Shown in pieces: positions 10,415 to 21,810 of a DNA stretch of 64,000 nucleotides (position 1 is its first letter; every line of letters begins with the position of its first letter). The notes beneath the pieces were generated by a model. It worked only from the letters and a program-made list of their open reading frames with translations, had not been told where the DNA came from and made no database searches. The translations under genes were made by a program, and so were the position numbers. Origin of the DNA: Deinococcus sp. (GTDB taxonomy: Bacteria; Deinococcota; Deinococci; Deinococcales; Deinococcaceae). The stretch spans positions 2,464,001 through 2,528,000 of the forward strand of contig OZ253375.1 of assembly GCA_965261005.1 (NCBI GenBank), read 5' to 3'.

Positions 10415-10621
10415 CGTTTATATGGGATGAAAGCGGCAAGGTTTTGCATTTTTTGAGGAAGAGGGCAGGCTTGGGGTGACCCGAACTTGCATATTCGCGC
10501 GGCGCACGAACTTTTCGGAATCCGTATCGAACGATCAGAGGGAGTATGCTACGGATGGTAAGACGTTCAGCACTGCCCCGCCCTCACTCCTCCAGACCCA
10601 CGCTCTGGTTTGTGGAGAACC

Positions 10622-11998
10622 ATGTTGAGCCACACGTTCCTTCGGCGCGCGTCCCCGGCCCTGCTGCTCACGCTCGCGCTGGTAGCCTGCGGACAGAAAG
10701 CTTTCTCACCCACGGACGCGCAGAACCTCTCGCCGACCACCTCCCTGAGCACTGACCTGAGTACTGGCCTGAGTACTGGCCTGAGTATTGGAACCGGGGC
10801 CACCGAGATCGTGCAGCAGGCCGAGGCGGCCAGCACCATCACGGCGCCGATGAAGGTGTACGAGAAGTCGTCGGCTTCGGGAGGCAGGTACGTTTCCACC
10901 GGTACGGCCAACGCGGGTAGTGTCTCGTTTCTTCTTCAGATTCCGGCGACCGGAGAATATGTGCTCTCGGCACGGGTCAAATCTCCCTCGAAAAGCAAAA
11001 ACTCCTTTCTGGTCAAACTGGACGCAGGTCAGGCGACAACCTGGCATCTGCCAATTCTCAGCGCGTTCGGCTGGACAGACTTTCCGGCCACGCTCAACCT
11101 GACGGCGGGAAGTCACCAACTGACCGTTCAGGGCCGCGAGGCCCACACCGAACTCGACGTGATCAAGCTGGTGCCCAGCCCAGTGGCGGGAACTGCGCCA
11201 ATTGCCCCTCCGGCGCCCGTTCTGAGTCCGGCCCCGCCGCCGGTTGGAGTCTTGGACCCCGCCAACGCTCCGGCCCAAAACTTCGACCTCTCGCTTTGGA
11301 AGCTCACCCTCCCGGTGGACGCCAACGGCGGCTTGAGCGGTGTGGCCGCCGAGGTCAAGTCCATCGCTTCCAGCTATCACAAGGCTCCCTTTTTCCAGAC
11401 CGGCAGCGACGGGGCAATGGTCATGATGGCGCCGGTGACGGGGGCAACCACCAGCGGATCGCACTACCCCAGGTCCGAGCTGCGGGAGTTGACGAGCGCA
11501 GGCACCAACGCCGCTTGGACGGCCTCGCAGGGCGGAAGGCTACGGGCGACGCTCTCGGTAAACGAGCTTCCTGTCAGGAATGACGGGGGAAAGGGGAGCG
11601 TGGTCATCGGTCAAATTCACGGGCCTGACGACGAACTGTGCCGGTTGTATTACGACCAGGGCAAGCTGTACTTCCACGACGACAAATCGGGTCCGGACGA
11701 GATCGAGCGCCAGTACATCCTGAAATCGGCCAGCGGCGTGGAACCCGGCATCCCTCTGAACGCGCGCTTCGATTACGAGATTCGGGTGGCCGATTCGGCG
11801 TTGACGGTGACGGCGACCTTTGGCGGGGTAGTTTACCGGGCCAGCGAGCCGATCAGCCGCTTCTGGTCGGACAAGCCCTTGTATTTCAAGGTGGGCGCCT
11901 ACGTCCAGGTTGGGAAGCCTGGCTCCGACGCGGGCACGACGGGTTCGGGCCGGGGTCAAGTCTCATTTTACCGGCTGCCGCCTCCCAGTCACCCCTGA
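10622..11998 (+). CDS. Lipoprotein with CBM-like domain and polysaccharide lyase family 7 (alginate lyase) domain
   Basis: Lipobox LVAC; PL7 motifs RSELRE, QIH and YFKVGAYVQ; Pro-rich linker. Confidence 0.85.
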   Translation: MLSHTFLRRASPALLLTLALVACGQKAFSPTDAQNLSPTTSLSTDLSTGLSTGLSIGTGATEIVQQAEAASTITAPMKVYEKSSASGGRYVSTGTANAGSVSFLLQIPATGEYVLSARVKSPSKSKNSFLVKLDAGQATTWHLPILSAFGWTDFPATLNLTAGSHQLTVQGREAHTELDVIKLVPSPVAGTAPIAPPAPVLSPAPPPVGVLDPANAPAQNFDLSLWKLTLPVDANGGLSGVAAEVKSIASSYHKAPFFQTGSDGAMVMMAPVTGATTSGSHYPRSELRELTSAGTNAAWTASQGGRLRATLSVNELPVRNDGGKGSVVIGQIHGPDDELCRLYYDQGKLYFHDDKSGPDEIERQYILKSASGVEPGIPLNARFDYEIRVADSALTVTATFGGVVYRASEPISRFWSDKPLYFKVGAYVQVGKPGSDAGTTGSGRGQVSFYRLPPPSHP

Positions 11999-12553
11999 GT
12001 TCAGTCATGCCAAGGTCCGGCACGAGCTTTTCCCCGAAGAAAAATAGCTGTAACTGCTCAGCCGGGGGCTTGGGTGGCGAACGAGGTAGAATGGGGCGTT
12101 AAAGAAGAAGGCTGCTCCAACTGTGTGAAGCTCGAAGCCCAGCTGGTTGAGGTGCTGGCCGAGGTGCGCGACCTCAAAGCCCGCCTGAACCTGGACAGCC
12201 AAACCTCGCATCAGCCACCCAGCCAGGACAAACCGTGGAAACCGAAAAGCGAACGCGAGAAAAGCGGTCGGTCTTCCGGCGGGCATCCGGATGAGGTGGT
12301 CAAGCTGCCGCTGTCAGGGGCGTGTGGCTGCGGACAGGTCTGGAGCGCGGTGGCGGTGGACGATCTGTTGGCAAGGCAAGTGCATGATCTGCCCGAGATC
12401 CGTTTGCAGGTGACGGAGTATCAGGTGAAGGTCAACGTCTATCCCTGCTGCGGTATGCGCGCTCAGGCGGCGTTTCCTGAACACGTGTTAGGTCAAGCGC
12501 AATACGGTCCGCGCTTGCTGGGCTTGGCGGTGTACCTGAACAGTGTCCACTTC

Positions 12554-13718
12554 CTCAGTACCCGACAGGTAGGGTCGGTGGCATCTGAAGGGCCGGGAAG
12601 AGGAGGGCCAGACAAGACCTGGCGCGCTCAAGGTTCCACTTGAGGGCGTCCACAAGCAGATCGAGGCCGGTCAGGAAGGTGCTCTTGGCTTTGCGCCCGT
12701 GCGTTTTGAGCCGTACGGGCGCCTCCTGTTCCCGCACCAGACCGACCAGCAGCGCCCAGACGAAGGCGACCGTGAGCAAGCTGACCAGCGTTTCGATGCG
12801 GGCAGGGTCGGTCATGTGGGTCGCCTCCAGATTGAGGCCGCGCAGCTTGTAGGCGCCGAAGGTGCATTCGATGGACCAGCGCGAACGGTAACGCTCGCAG
12901 GTGTCGAAGAGCGAGAGGTCCGAGGCGATCACCACCCGCTCGCCCTCGCTAGACAGCGTGGCAACCACCTGCATCTCAGCGCCGTAGACCACCTCTTTGT
13001 CGAGCAGGCCGCGCACCTCGCCGGGCGTCAGGTGTGCAAAGGCGTCTCGAACCGCGATGTCATCGAGCAGGGTGTCCTCACGAATGCGGATGCAGCGCTT
13101 GAGCCGTCGTTGTTCCAGGGCCGCGAACCAGTCTTTGCCCACGAACTCACGGTCGGCCAGCAGCACCGCAATGCGCTGTGCGGGAATGACGCTCAGCAGC
13201 CGGTCGAGCAGCGCGATGCGCGCGGCAGTCGAACTGGCGCCGCCGTGGTCCAGCACGTCCCACACCAAGGGGAGAGCGTAGCCAGCAAACACCGCCCCAA
13301 TCACCAAGATGTTGTGATCATATTGCCCATAGCGCCAGTTGGTGCGGTCCATCGCGAGCGTCAACTTGCCGCTCCCCAACAGCGGCAGGATCAGTTGGGC
13401 GGCCTCGTGCTGAGTGAAGGTCTCTGCGGCGAAGAAGCGGGCGACGCGACGTTCTTTGCTTTCGGGTCGGGCGTCACCCGGCAAGTGCTGAGCGAGTTTG
13501 CGGTGAGTGACGTGCTGGGCGTGGACGGTAGCGAGCAACATATCGGCGAGACGAGCGCGCTGGTCAGAGCGGCGTCCGGGCAGGTGTTGCGCGACGAGCG
13601 CGCGCAGGGTAGCGTCAGCAGTGCCGGGGAGCTGGGTCTTCATCAACCACAGTTTGTCCCGGCACTGCTGTCTCTTCCTCGCCTACACGACCTTTAGACC
13701 TTCCTGTCGGGTACTGAG
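12554..13718 (-). mobile_element. Complete IS4-like insertion sequence, 1165 bp
   Basis: Perfect 16-bp IRs CTCAGTACCCGACAGG; 9-bp TSD GTCCACTTC at 12545-12553 and 13719-13727. Confidence 0.92.
12555..13643 (-). CDS. IS4-family DDE transposase
   Basis: [15 protein letters not shown] and [11 protein letters not shown] (YREK-like) motifs; the stop codon lies inside the IR. Confidence 0.9.
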   Translation of the reverse strand: MKTQLPGTADATLRALVAQHLPGRRSDQRARLADMLLATVHAQHVTHRKLAQHLPGDARPESKERRVARFFAAETFTQHEAAQLILPLLGSGKLTLAMDRTNWRYGQYDHNILVIGAVFAGYALPLVWDVLDHGGASSTAARIALLDRLLSVIPAQRIAVLLADREFVGKDWFAALEQRRLKRCIRIREDTLLDDIAVRDAFAHLTPGEVRGLLDKEVVYGAEMQVVATLSSEGERVVIASDLSLFDTCERYRSRWSIECTFGAYKLRGLNLEATHMTDPARIETLVSLLTVAFVWALLVGLVREQEAPVRLKTHGRKAKSTFLTGLDLLVDALKWNLERARSCLALLFPALQMPPTLPVGY

Positions 13719-14196
13719 GTCCACTTCATTGCGCAACCTCGCGTTGCGCGCTCAGCGATACAAGAGCGCGATCTTGCGCTTTCTGCATGATCCATGTGTG
13801 CCGTTTGATAATCACCAAGCCGAGCGCGACCTTCGCATGATGTGTGTCAAGCGCAAGGTCTCCGTGGGCTTTCGTTCTGCTGAGGGTGCCACAGCCTTCT
13901 GCCGCATTCGCAGCTACATCTCTACGCTCCGCAAGCAGGGCTTGAATGTCTGGCACGGTCTCGTCAGTTCTTCCACAAGGACATCTTGATGCCCACCTTC
14001 CTCCTTCAAGAACGGCTGGAGAGGCGTGACCCACGCCCTGTCGCTTGGGCAGCCGGTCTTCCAGACCTTGTGCCTGGTCGGTGGACCTGATTCTGAGCCG
14101 GCCCGTCCACCGACGTCAAAGCGACGAAAGCCGCCCCTTCACCACCTGCTCCACACCCGCTGGACTGCCGACCACCACGCCCCCTCATAAATTCTG

Positions 14197-14388
14197 TCAG
14201 GCCGTCAGTGATGGCCGGACTGGTCCGTTCGCAAAAGAGCGTGTTTTGAATTTCGTGCAGGTCGGCACGTTCTCGACGCTGTCACCCGCCGCCAGGAACT
14301 CCACGGCGGTCTGCGCGGTGATGCGGGCGGCGCGCACAGTGGGGCGCCCGTTGCAGATATTCGGGTCAATCACGACGCGCTCGTTCAT
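14197..14388 (-). pseudogene. Truncated DUF433-domain (antitoxin-like) gene
   Basis: RVVIDPNICNGRPTVRAARIT…LAAGDS then loses similarity; no toxin partner. Confidence 0.65.
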
Positions 14389-14445
14389 GCCCTTAGGTAC
14401 AGGATGCTTCGGCTTTTTCCGTGCCCTGGCCTTTCTTGCGGATCG

Positions 14446-15114
14446 TCAGCCGCTCAGGCCGTAGGGGCGGTTCAGGCGGCGCTCTAGGAGGGCCACCAGC
14501 CGCGCCGCGACGTTGGAGAGCGCGAAGTAGATCAGGCCCACCGCGACGTACATCGGCACCGGCTGATAGTTGATGGACACCAGACCGCGCGCCGTGAGCA
14601 GCAGTTCGGTCACGGTGATGACGCTGGCGAGGCTGGAGTCCTTCAGGAGGCCGATGAACTGGTTGCCGAGGGCGGGCAGCGCGGCGCGCGCCGCCTGCGG
14701 CACCAGCACCAGCGCCAGCACCTGCGCGGGTCTCAGGCCCAGCGCCCGCGCCGCCTCCACCTGGCCGCGCGGCACGACGTTCAGGCTGCCGCGAATGATC
14801 TCGGCGGCGTAGGCGCCCGCGAACAGGCTCAGGCCCAGCACCGCCGTTTGGTAGGCCGGCAGCGTGACCTTGGTGAGCTGTGGCAGCGCGAAGAACAAAA
14901 AGAAGAGTTGCACCAGGAGGGGCGTGCCGCGAAAGGTCTCGATGTAGACGCCCGCGATCAGGCGCGGCGGCCAAAAGTGCGACAGCCGCCCCAAAGCCGC
15001 GACAAAGCCGAGCGCCAGGCCGAACACGCTCGCCAGCGCCGTCAGCGACAACGTGAGCTGCGTGCCGCGCCACAGCGCGCGCAGCACGTCTGGGGTGAAC
15101 ACGTCCCCGAGCAA
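14446..15114 (-). CDS. Polar amino acid ABC transporter permease
   Basis: FRGTPLLVQLF, AYAAEIIRG, GQVEAARALG, LKDSSLAS. Confidence 0.92.
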   Translation of the reverse strand: MLGDVFTPDVLRALWRGTQLTLSLTALASVFGLALGFVAALGRLSHFWPPRLIAGVYIETFRGTPLLVQLFFLFFALPQLTKVTLPAYQTAVLGLSLFAGAYAAEIIRGSLNVVPRGQVEAARALGLRPAQVLALVLVPQAARAALPALGNQFIGLLKDSSLASVITVTELLLTARGLVSINYQPVPMYVAVGLIYFALSNVAARLVALLERRLNRPYGLSG

Positions 15115-15123
15115 GAAAACGGC

Positions 15124-15909
15124 TCAGCGCCTCGCCGGGGCGGTCACGTCGGCGCCGAGCCACTTCCGGCTGATGCGCCTGAGGGTGCCGTCGGCGCGCA
15201 TGTCGTTCACGGCCTGTTCGACGGCGGCGCGCAGTTTCGGCTGGTTTTTGCCGAGGGAGATGTAGGGATTGTCCTGTTGCAGCACCGGCCCCGCCGCCTT
15301 AACGGGCTGCCCATTCTTGGCGGCGACGCTGCCGACCGTGCGGGTCGTGAGCATGCCCGCCGCGCGCCCGGCTTTCAGGGCCAGGAAAATCTCCTGCTCG
15401 CCGCTGTAGGTCGCGACGTCCGGGTACTTCTGGTCGCGCAGGTACTTCTCGAACACCGTGCCGAGGGCGACCGCCACGGGCTTGCCCTGCAAGCTGTTCA
15501 GGTTGGTCGCGGCCGAGTCCCCGAGCACGAACAGCTGGAAGCCGTCGTAGTAGTACGGCCGACTCAGGAAGTCCACGGCTTTTTGGCGCTCGGGCGTCTT
15601 GCTCTGCGAGGCCACCGCCAGGTCGAATTGCCCGGACTGCTCGCCCGCGATAATCGCCGAAAACTCTGCCTTGATCAGGCGGGTCTTGACGCCGAGCCGC
15701 TTGCCGATCTCGTTGGCCACGTCCGCGTCGAAGCCGCTCAGGCCGCCTTCCGGCGAGGGCTGCGAAAAGGGCGGGTATTCGCCAGACATGGCGACGCGCA
15801 ATTCGCCGCGCTTTTGCACGTCCGCGAGTTCCGCGCGGGCCACGGGGGCGGCGCCGATAGTGAGGGCTGCGACCATCAACGAGAGGCGGGCAAGGCGTGA
15901 AGTGGGCAT
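15124..15909 (-). CDS. Polar amino acid ABC substrate-binding protein
   Basis: Signal peptide, YPPFS, GFDADVA, MRADGT..ISRKW. Confidence 0.92.
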   Translation of the reverse strand: MPTSRLARLSLMVAALTIGAAPVARAELADVQKRGELRVAMSGEYPPFSQPSPEGGLSGFDADVANEIGKRLGVKTRLIKAEFSAIIAGEQSGQFDLAVASQSKTPERQKAVDFLSRPYYYDGFQLFVLGDSAATNLNSLQGKPVAVALGTVFEKYLRDQKYPDVATYSGEQEIFLALKAGRAAGMLTTRTVGSVAAKNGQPVKAAGPVLQQDNPYISLGKNQPKLRAAVEQAVNDMRADGTLRRISRKWLGADVTAPARR

Positions 15910-16092
15910 AAGAGACCTCCGGGTTGCGGGAAGATAAAGTCGGCGCGCGGCGGTCGCGCCGTATGGGCAGCCTGACCCTAGCGCGGGGCCGTCCGGGCCG
16001 CGCAGAGCCGACGCTCAGCAAGCGTTGATGGCCCGGCCAGAGATGAAGAGCGGCTGCCCGACGCGGCCGAGCGCAGCGTGTAGCGTGAGGCG

Positions 16093-17160
16093 ATGATCTA
16101 CCTGCTCACCACCCCCCAGCATTTGTGCTTGGAGGAATTCCTGGCGGAGCGTGGCGCCGCCTTCGCGTCCAGGCTGGTGCCGCTCACCTACGGAGCGCTG
16201 TTTTCGGCGCGCGAGCTGCCGGCGGGCACCTACATCTTTTCGGACTTCGAGCGGCTCTCGAAGGTGGAGCTGGAGCGGGCGGCGCAGGTGTGGGACCAGC
16301 TCGCGGCGCGCGGAAGCGCGGTCCGGCTGCTCAACCCGCCCACGCGCGTCAAGCGGCGCTTCGAGCTGCTGCGCACCCTGTCTGAGCGCAACCTCAACGA
16401 CTTCGACGTGTACCGCCTCGACGAGGCGCGCGTGCCGCGGCGCTTTCCGGTGTTCGCGCGCGGCGAGTCGGGGCACGACGCGGTGGTCTCGGCGCTGCTG
16501 CCAGACGCACTCACGCTGGAGCGCTGGCAGGAGGAGCGGCGCGCGCGCGGCCTGAGTTCCGAAGGCACCTTGCTGATCGAGTTCAGCGGCGGGCCGGACG
16601 AGCGCGGTCTGTACCGCCGCTACGCCGCTTGGAAGGTGGGCGAGCGCATTCTCCCCGCCGATATCTTTTACAAAGGCACTTGGGAAGTGCGCGGGCACGA
16701 CCTGGTCGTGGACGAGCACACCATCGCCGAGGAAGAGCGCTTTTTGAACGACAACCCCCACGAGGCGCAGCTGCGCGAGGTGTTTGCCCTCGCGGGCGTC
16801 GAGTACGGGCGCGTTGACTACGGCGTGGTGGACGGGCGGGTGCAGGTCTTCGAGATCAACACCAATCCCTACATCGCCCCCAGTCCGCTGGGCGGCGCGC
16901 GGCGCGCGCACCTGTATGAGCACTTCTCGCGCGCCTTTCTCTCGGCGCTCGCGGCGCTGGACGGCCCTGTGGACGGGGCGGCGCGCCTTAAGGTGCGGCC
17001 TCCCGCCCGGCCGGCGTGGCCGATTGCCCTGCGGCTGTGGACGCGCGAGGCGATGTACGGGGCGCTGTGGCGCGTGGGTCGGGAAGACACCTATGTCCGG
17101 CGCCTGCGGCTGTCCCTGCGCTTGCTGGGCCGCGTCCGGCAGCTGCGCAAACGCGGCTGA
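16093..17160 (+). CDS. Hypothetical protein with an ATP-grasp-like C-terminal motif
   Basis: YGRVDYGVVDGRVQVFEINTNP; TAGCGT 6 nt upstream of ATG. Confidence 0.6.
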   Translation: MIYLLTTPQHLCLEEFLAERGAAFASRLVPLTYGALFSARELPAGTYIFSDFERLSKVELERAAQVWDQLAARGSAVRLLNPPTRVKRRFELLRTLSERNLNDFDVYRLDEARVPRRFPVFARGESGHDAVVSALLPDALTLERWQEERRARGLSSEGTLLIEFSGGPDERGLYRRYAAWKVGERILPADIFYKGTWEVRGHDLVVDEHTIAEEERFLNDNPHEAQLREVFALAGVEYGRVDYGVVDGRVQVFEINTNPYIAPSPLGGARRAHLYEHFSRAFLSALAALDGPVDGAARLKVRPPARPAWPIALRLWTREAMYGALWRVGREDTYVRRLRLSLRLLGRVRQLRKRG

Positions 17161-17213
17161 AGCTGGCGCGGCTGAACGTCCATGCCCTCAGGGACAGGAA
17201 GTACCATCTCTCC

Positions 17214-17897
17214 ATGACTCGCCCCCTCCTTCTCGGCCACCGTGGCAGCCCCCTGGAACACCGTGAAAACACCCTGGCGAGCTTTCAGGCGGCGCTGATT
17301 GCCGGCCTGGACGGCGTGGAGCTGGACGTGCGGCGCGCATCGGACGGCACGCTGGTGGTCCACCACGACGAGCAGCTGTTCGACGGGCGCCACATTTCTC
17401 GGCTGACCTTTCCCGAGCTGCGCCCCCACCCGGTTCCCACATTGGCGGGGGTGCTGGCCTGGGCGGCAGACGCGGGGGCGTTTGTCAACGTCGAACTCAA
17501 GTACGAGTCGCTGCGCCCCGACGACCGGGTGGCGGGCGCGGCGGACCTGCTGCGCTTTCACGGCCTGCTGCGCAGAAGCGTGGTGTCCAGCTTCAACCCG
17601 TTGTTCCTGGCCCCGCTGCCGAAGGGGGTAGAACGCGGCCTGCTGTTCGACCGGGCAACGCCCTTGATGCTGCGAATCGCGCGGCGGCTGAACGTGGCGG
17701 CCATCCACCCGCACTTCAGCCTGGTCACACCCGAATTGATAGGGGCGGCAAAGAAACAGGGCTGGAACGTCAACGTCTGGAACGTGAACGAGGAGGCGTT
17801 GGCGCGCGAGCTGCTTTCACAGGGTGCGAACGGCCTGATCGGCAACCTGCCAAGGGTCCTGCTGGCGGCGGCTGACCGAAACCTGACGCCGGCTTGA
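17214..17897 (+). CDS. Glycerophosphodiester phosphodiesterase
   Basis: GHRG, ENTL, VELDV, VHHD, NVELK. Confidence 0.9.
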   Translation: MTRPLLLGHRGSPLEHRENTLASFQAALIAGLDGVELDVRRASDGTLVVHHDEQLFDGRHISRLTFPELRPHPVPTLAGVLAWAADAGAFVNVELKYESLRPDDRVAGAADLLRFHGLLRRSVVSSFNPLFLAPLPKGVERGLLFDRATPLMLRIARRLNVAAIHPHFSLVTPELIGAAKKQGWNVNVWNVNEEALARELLSQGANGLIGNLPRVLLAAADRNLTPA

Positions 17898-17958
17898 CCG
17901 CCGCGTGACGCGCCGCTCCTAGGCTTCCCCCGAAAGACAACCTTTCTGGGAGGAAGAG

Positions 17959-19254
<1,296 letters not shown>

Positions 19255-19259
19255 ACCCT

Positions 19260-19296
19260 TCACCCCCGGCCCCTCTCCCGCAAGGGGAGAGGGGTG
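19260..19296. repeat. REP-like palindromic element, copy 1
   Basis: tcacccccggcccctctcccgcaaggggagaggggtg, identical to 28244-28280; a related inverted variant lies near 19353-19390. Confidence 0.85.
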
Positions 19297-19399
19297 AACT
19301 GATTGAGAAGCGTGCTGAAAGGAGGACCATGCAACGTTCTTGGCTTGGCCGTTCTCCCTCCCCCCCCACGGGGGAGGGCCGGGGAGGGGGGTAGCGCCC

Positions 19400-20362
19400 A
19401 TGCAGACCTCCACCCCCCTACGCCCCAAACCCGCCCGCGCCCCGCGCGCCGCGTCCCAAACTTCCGAAGGGCGCGCCGTCTTCCGGGGCCGGGCGCTGCC
19501 GTGGCTCTTTCTGCTGCCCACGCTGCTGATTCTGGCGGTCTTTTTGTACTACCCGGCCGCCCGGACGCTGCGCCTGAGCGTGTTCCGCAGCAACATCGTC
19601 CTCGGCAACGAGCAGTTCGTGGGCCTGGAAAACCTGGCCGAGCTGCTGTCGAGCCAGGTCTACCACCAAGTCCTCTTGCAGACGCTGGTCTTTTGCACGC
19701 TGGTGGTCGTGCTGGGGCTGGGCCTCTCGCTCGGCCTGGCGTGGCTCGCCAGCCGGCCCATCGCGGGCGGGCGCGTGTACCGCCTGCTGCTGATCTACCC
19801 CTACGCGCTGTCGCCGGCCATCGCGGGCACGCTGTGGCTGTTTCTGTTCAACCCGGAGATCGGCCTGGTGAACCAGTTCTTGGGCAGCGCCTTTGGGGCG
19901 AGGCCGCGCTGGCTCGACGATCCCCTGCTCGCCTTTGCGCTCGTGACGGTCGCGGCCATCTGGAAGGGGCTGGGCTACAACGTCGTGTTCTACCTGGCCG
20001 CCCTGCAAGGCGTGCCCAAAGAACTCACCGAGGCCGCCCAGCTCGACGGCGCCAGCGGCAGCCAAGCCTTTTGGCGGGTGGTTTTCCCGCTCTTATCTCC
20101 CATGACCTTCTTTCTGGTGTTCACCGGCATTGTGTCGGCGCTGTTCGACTCGTTCGGCCTCGTGGACATCCTGACGCGGGGCGGGCCGTACTTCGGGCGG
20201 GCTGGCGTCACGACCTTTCTGATCTACCAACTCTACGAGGACGGCTTTCGCAACTTCAAGACCGGCGTGGCCGCCGCCGAGGCGGTGCTGATGCTGGTGT
20301 TGGTCGGCGCGCTGGTGCTGCTCCAGTTCCGGCTGGGCGGGCGGCGGGTCCACTATGGCTAA
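19400..20362 (+). CDS. UgpA-like carbohydrate ABC permease
   Basis: Multiple TM segments, EAAQLDGAS EAA loop. Confidence 0.9.
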   Translation: MQTSTPLRPKPARAPRAASQTSEGRAVFRGRALPWLFLLPTLLILAVFLYYPAARTLRLSVFRSNIVLGNEQFVGLENLAELLSSQVYHQVLLQTLVFCTLVVVLGLGLSLGLAWLASRPIAGGRVYRLLLIYPYALSPAIAGTLWLFLFNPEIGLVNQFLGSAFGARPRWLDDPLLAFALVTVAAIWKGLGYNVVFYLAALQGVPKELTEAAQLDGASGSQAFWRVVFPLLSPMTFFLVFTGIVSALFDSFGLVDILTRGGPYFGRAGVTTFLIYQLYEDGFRNFKTGVAAAEAVLMLVLVGALVLLQFRLGGRRVHYG

Positions 20363-21173
20363 AAGGTGGTCGCTCTTTTTCACCCACGCCGCGCTGATCC
20401 TCGCCGCCCTGCTGATCGCCAGCCCGCTGCTGTTCGCGCTCTTAAAGGCGACCCAAGTCAGCTCGGACGTGCTCTCGCCGCGCCTTTTGCCGGGCGGCAA
20501 CTTCGGCGCCAACCTGGCTTCTATCTGGACCGGCGCACACTTGGGGCGCTACATGTTCAACTCGGGCGTCGTGGCGGTGAGCGTGACCGTGGGCAAGACG
20601 GTCCTGAGCGTTCTCGCGGCCCTCGCCTTCGTCTACTTCCGCTTTCCCCTCAAGGGCCTCGCCTTTGCGCTGGTGCTGTTCACGCTGATGCTGCCGACCG
20701 AGCTGCTGATCATCGCCCTGTTCGATTTGGTGTCCAGCGACCTGAAGTGGGCCGATTCGTACCTCGCCATCATCGTGCCGTTTTTGGCGAGCGCGACCGG
20801 CACCTTTCTGTTCCGGCAGCACTTCATGAGTATTCCCGACTCCCTCGCCGACGCCGCGCGCATCGACGGCTGCGGGCCGCTGCGCTTTCTGACCTACGTC
20901 CTGATTCCCATGAGCTGGAACACCATCGGCGCGCTGGCGGTCATTCAGTTCGTGTACGCCTGGGACCAGTACCTCTGGCCGCTCGTCATCATGCAGAGTG
21001 ACGACAAGCAGGTGGTGCAGGTCGGCCTGAGAAAATTGATCGAGGTGGGCGGCCAGACTGATTGGGGCGCCGTGATGGCCGGGGCCATCGTGACCATTCT
21101 GCCGCCCTTGGTGGTCTTCACGCTGCTGCAAGAGCAGTTCAGCAAGGGCTTCGCGCTGGGGCAGGAGAAGTAG
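20355..21173 (+). CDS. UgpE-like carbohydrate ABC permease
   Basis: FLFRQHF, DAARIDG, WDQYLWPL. Confidence 0.9.
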   Translation: MAKRWSLFFTHAALILAALLIASPLLFALLKATQVSSDVLSPRLLPGGNFGANLASIWTGAHLGRYMFNSGVVAVSVTVGKTVLSVLAALAFVYFRFPLKGLAFALVLFTLMLPTELLIIALFDLVSSDLKWADSYLAIIVPFLASATGTFLFRQHFMSIPDSLADAARIDGCGPLRFLTYVLIPMSWNTIGALAVIQFVYAWDQYLWPLVIMQSDDKQVVQVGLRKLIEVGGQTDWGAVMAGAIVTILPPLVVFTLLQEQFSKGFALGQEK

Positions 21174-21182
21174 GGGAGAAGG

Positions 21183-21530
21183 TCAGCTCAAGTCCAGCGC
21201 TGCCCTCACGCCCCGTTCCACGCGCCCTAGATCGGTTGCGGCGAGCAGGCCCAACTGTTGGGTGAACTTGGCCCGGTCGAGCGTTGTGAGTTGATGACAT
21301 AGGGCCACGCTGTCCTGCTCTAAGTTGCCTGCCCCACGCGCCAGGAGCACGGCCGTCGGGCCGCGCGCCGCTTGACGCTCGCTGCTGGAAACGGGCACCA
21401 CGATGATGCTGCGCCAACCCTCGACGGTGTTAAAGGCGTCGTGGCTCAGGATGACAACCGGACGGCGGCCCCGCTGTTCGCTGCCGCTGCGCGGCTGAAG
21501 TTCCGCCCACCAAACTTCACCGCGTCGCAA
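21183..21530 (-). CDS. MazF/PemK-family toxin
   Basis: RRGEVWWAEL.P..GSEQRGRRPVVILS…QLTTLD; TTG start overlapping the antitoxin end. Confidence 0.9.
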   Translation of the reverse strand: MRRGEVWWAELQPRSGSEQRGRRPVVILSHDAFNTVEGWRSIIVVPVSSSERQAARGPTAVLLARGAGNLEQDSVALCHQLTTLDRAKFTQQLGLLAATDLGRVERGVRAALDLS

Positions 21531-21762
21531 GCAAGTGCTCCGTGGCCGCGCCCTCCAATTCGGGGTCGAGATCGTTCTCGCTTCCGGCAATAGCACGCGC
21601 ATAAACCGAGATTTCCTCGCTCAAAGCTCGACGGCGGCGCTCCCCAAGGGCCTGCTCAATGGCCGTCCGCGCGATGCCGGTGGCCGACTCACCGCTTCGG
21701 CGTGCCTCAGCCAGAAGCCGACCGTGCAGTTCATCTGCCAGCGGAATGTGGATGTGTTTCAT
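21517..21762 (-). CDS. Ribbon-helix-helix-type antitoxin
   Basis: MKHIHIPLADELH…; directly upstream of and overlapping the toxin; TATACT 6 nt upstream. Confidence 0.75.
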   Translation of the reverse strand: MKHIHIPLADELHGRLLAEARRSGESATGIARTAIEQALGERRRRALSEEISVYARAIAGSENDLDPELEGAATEHLLATR

Positions 21763-21810
21763 GACATAAGTATAGTTCGGGACAAGCGAGATCACCCTTA
21801 GACTGTCCTG

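Larger units (their letters stand above)
12050..13989 (+). mobile_element. IS66-family remnant, internally deleted and interrupted
   Basis: Left end GTAACTGCTCAG at 12050; [15 protein letters not shown] in the N-part; [26 protein letters not shown] in the C-part; no right IR found. Confidence 0.82.

Noticed and set aside
14077..14114. 10-bp inverted repeat gtcggtggac/gtccaccgac
   Set aside because: Isolated, in decayed DNA, no T tail, and not matching any IS end seen here.
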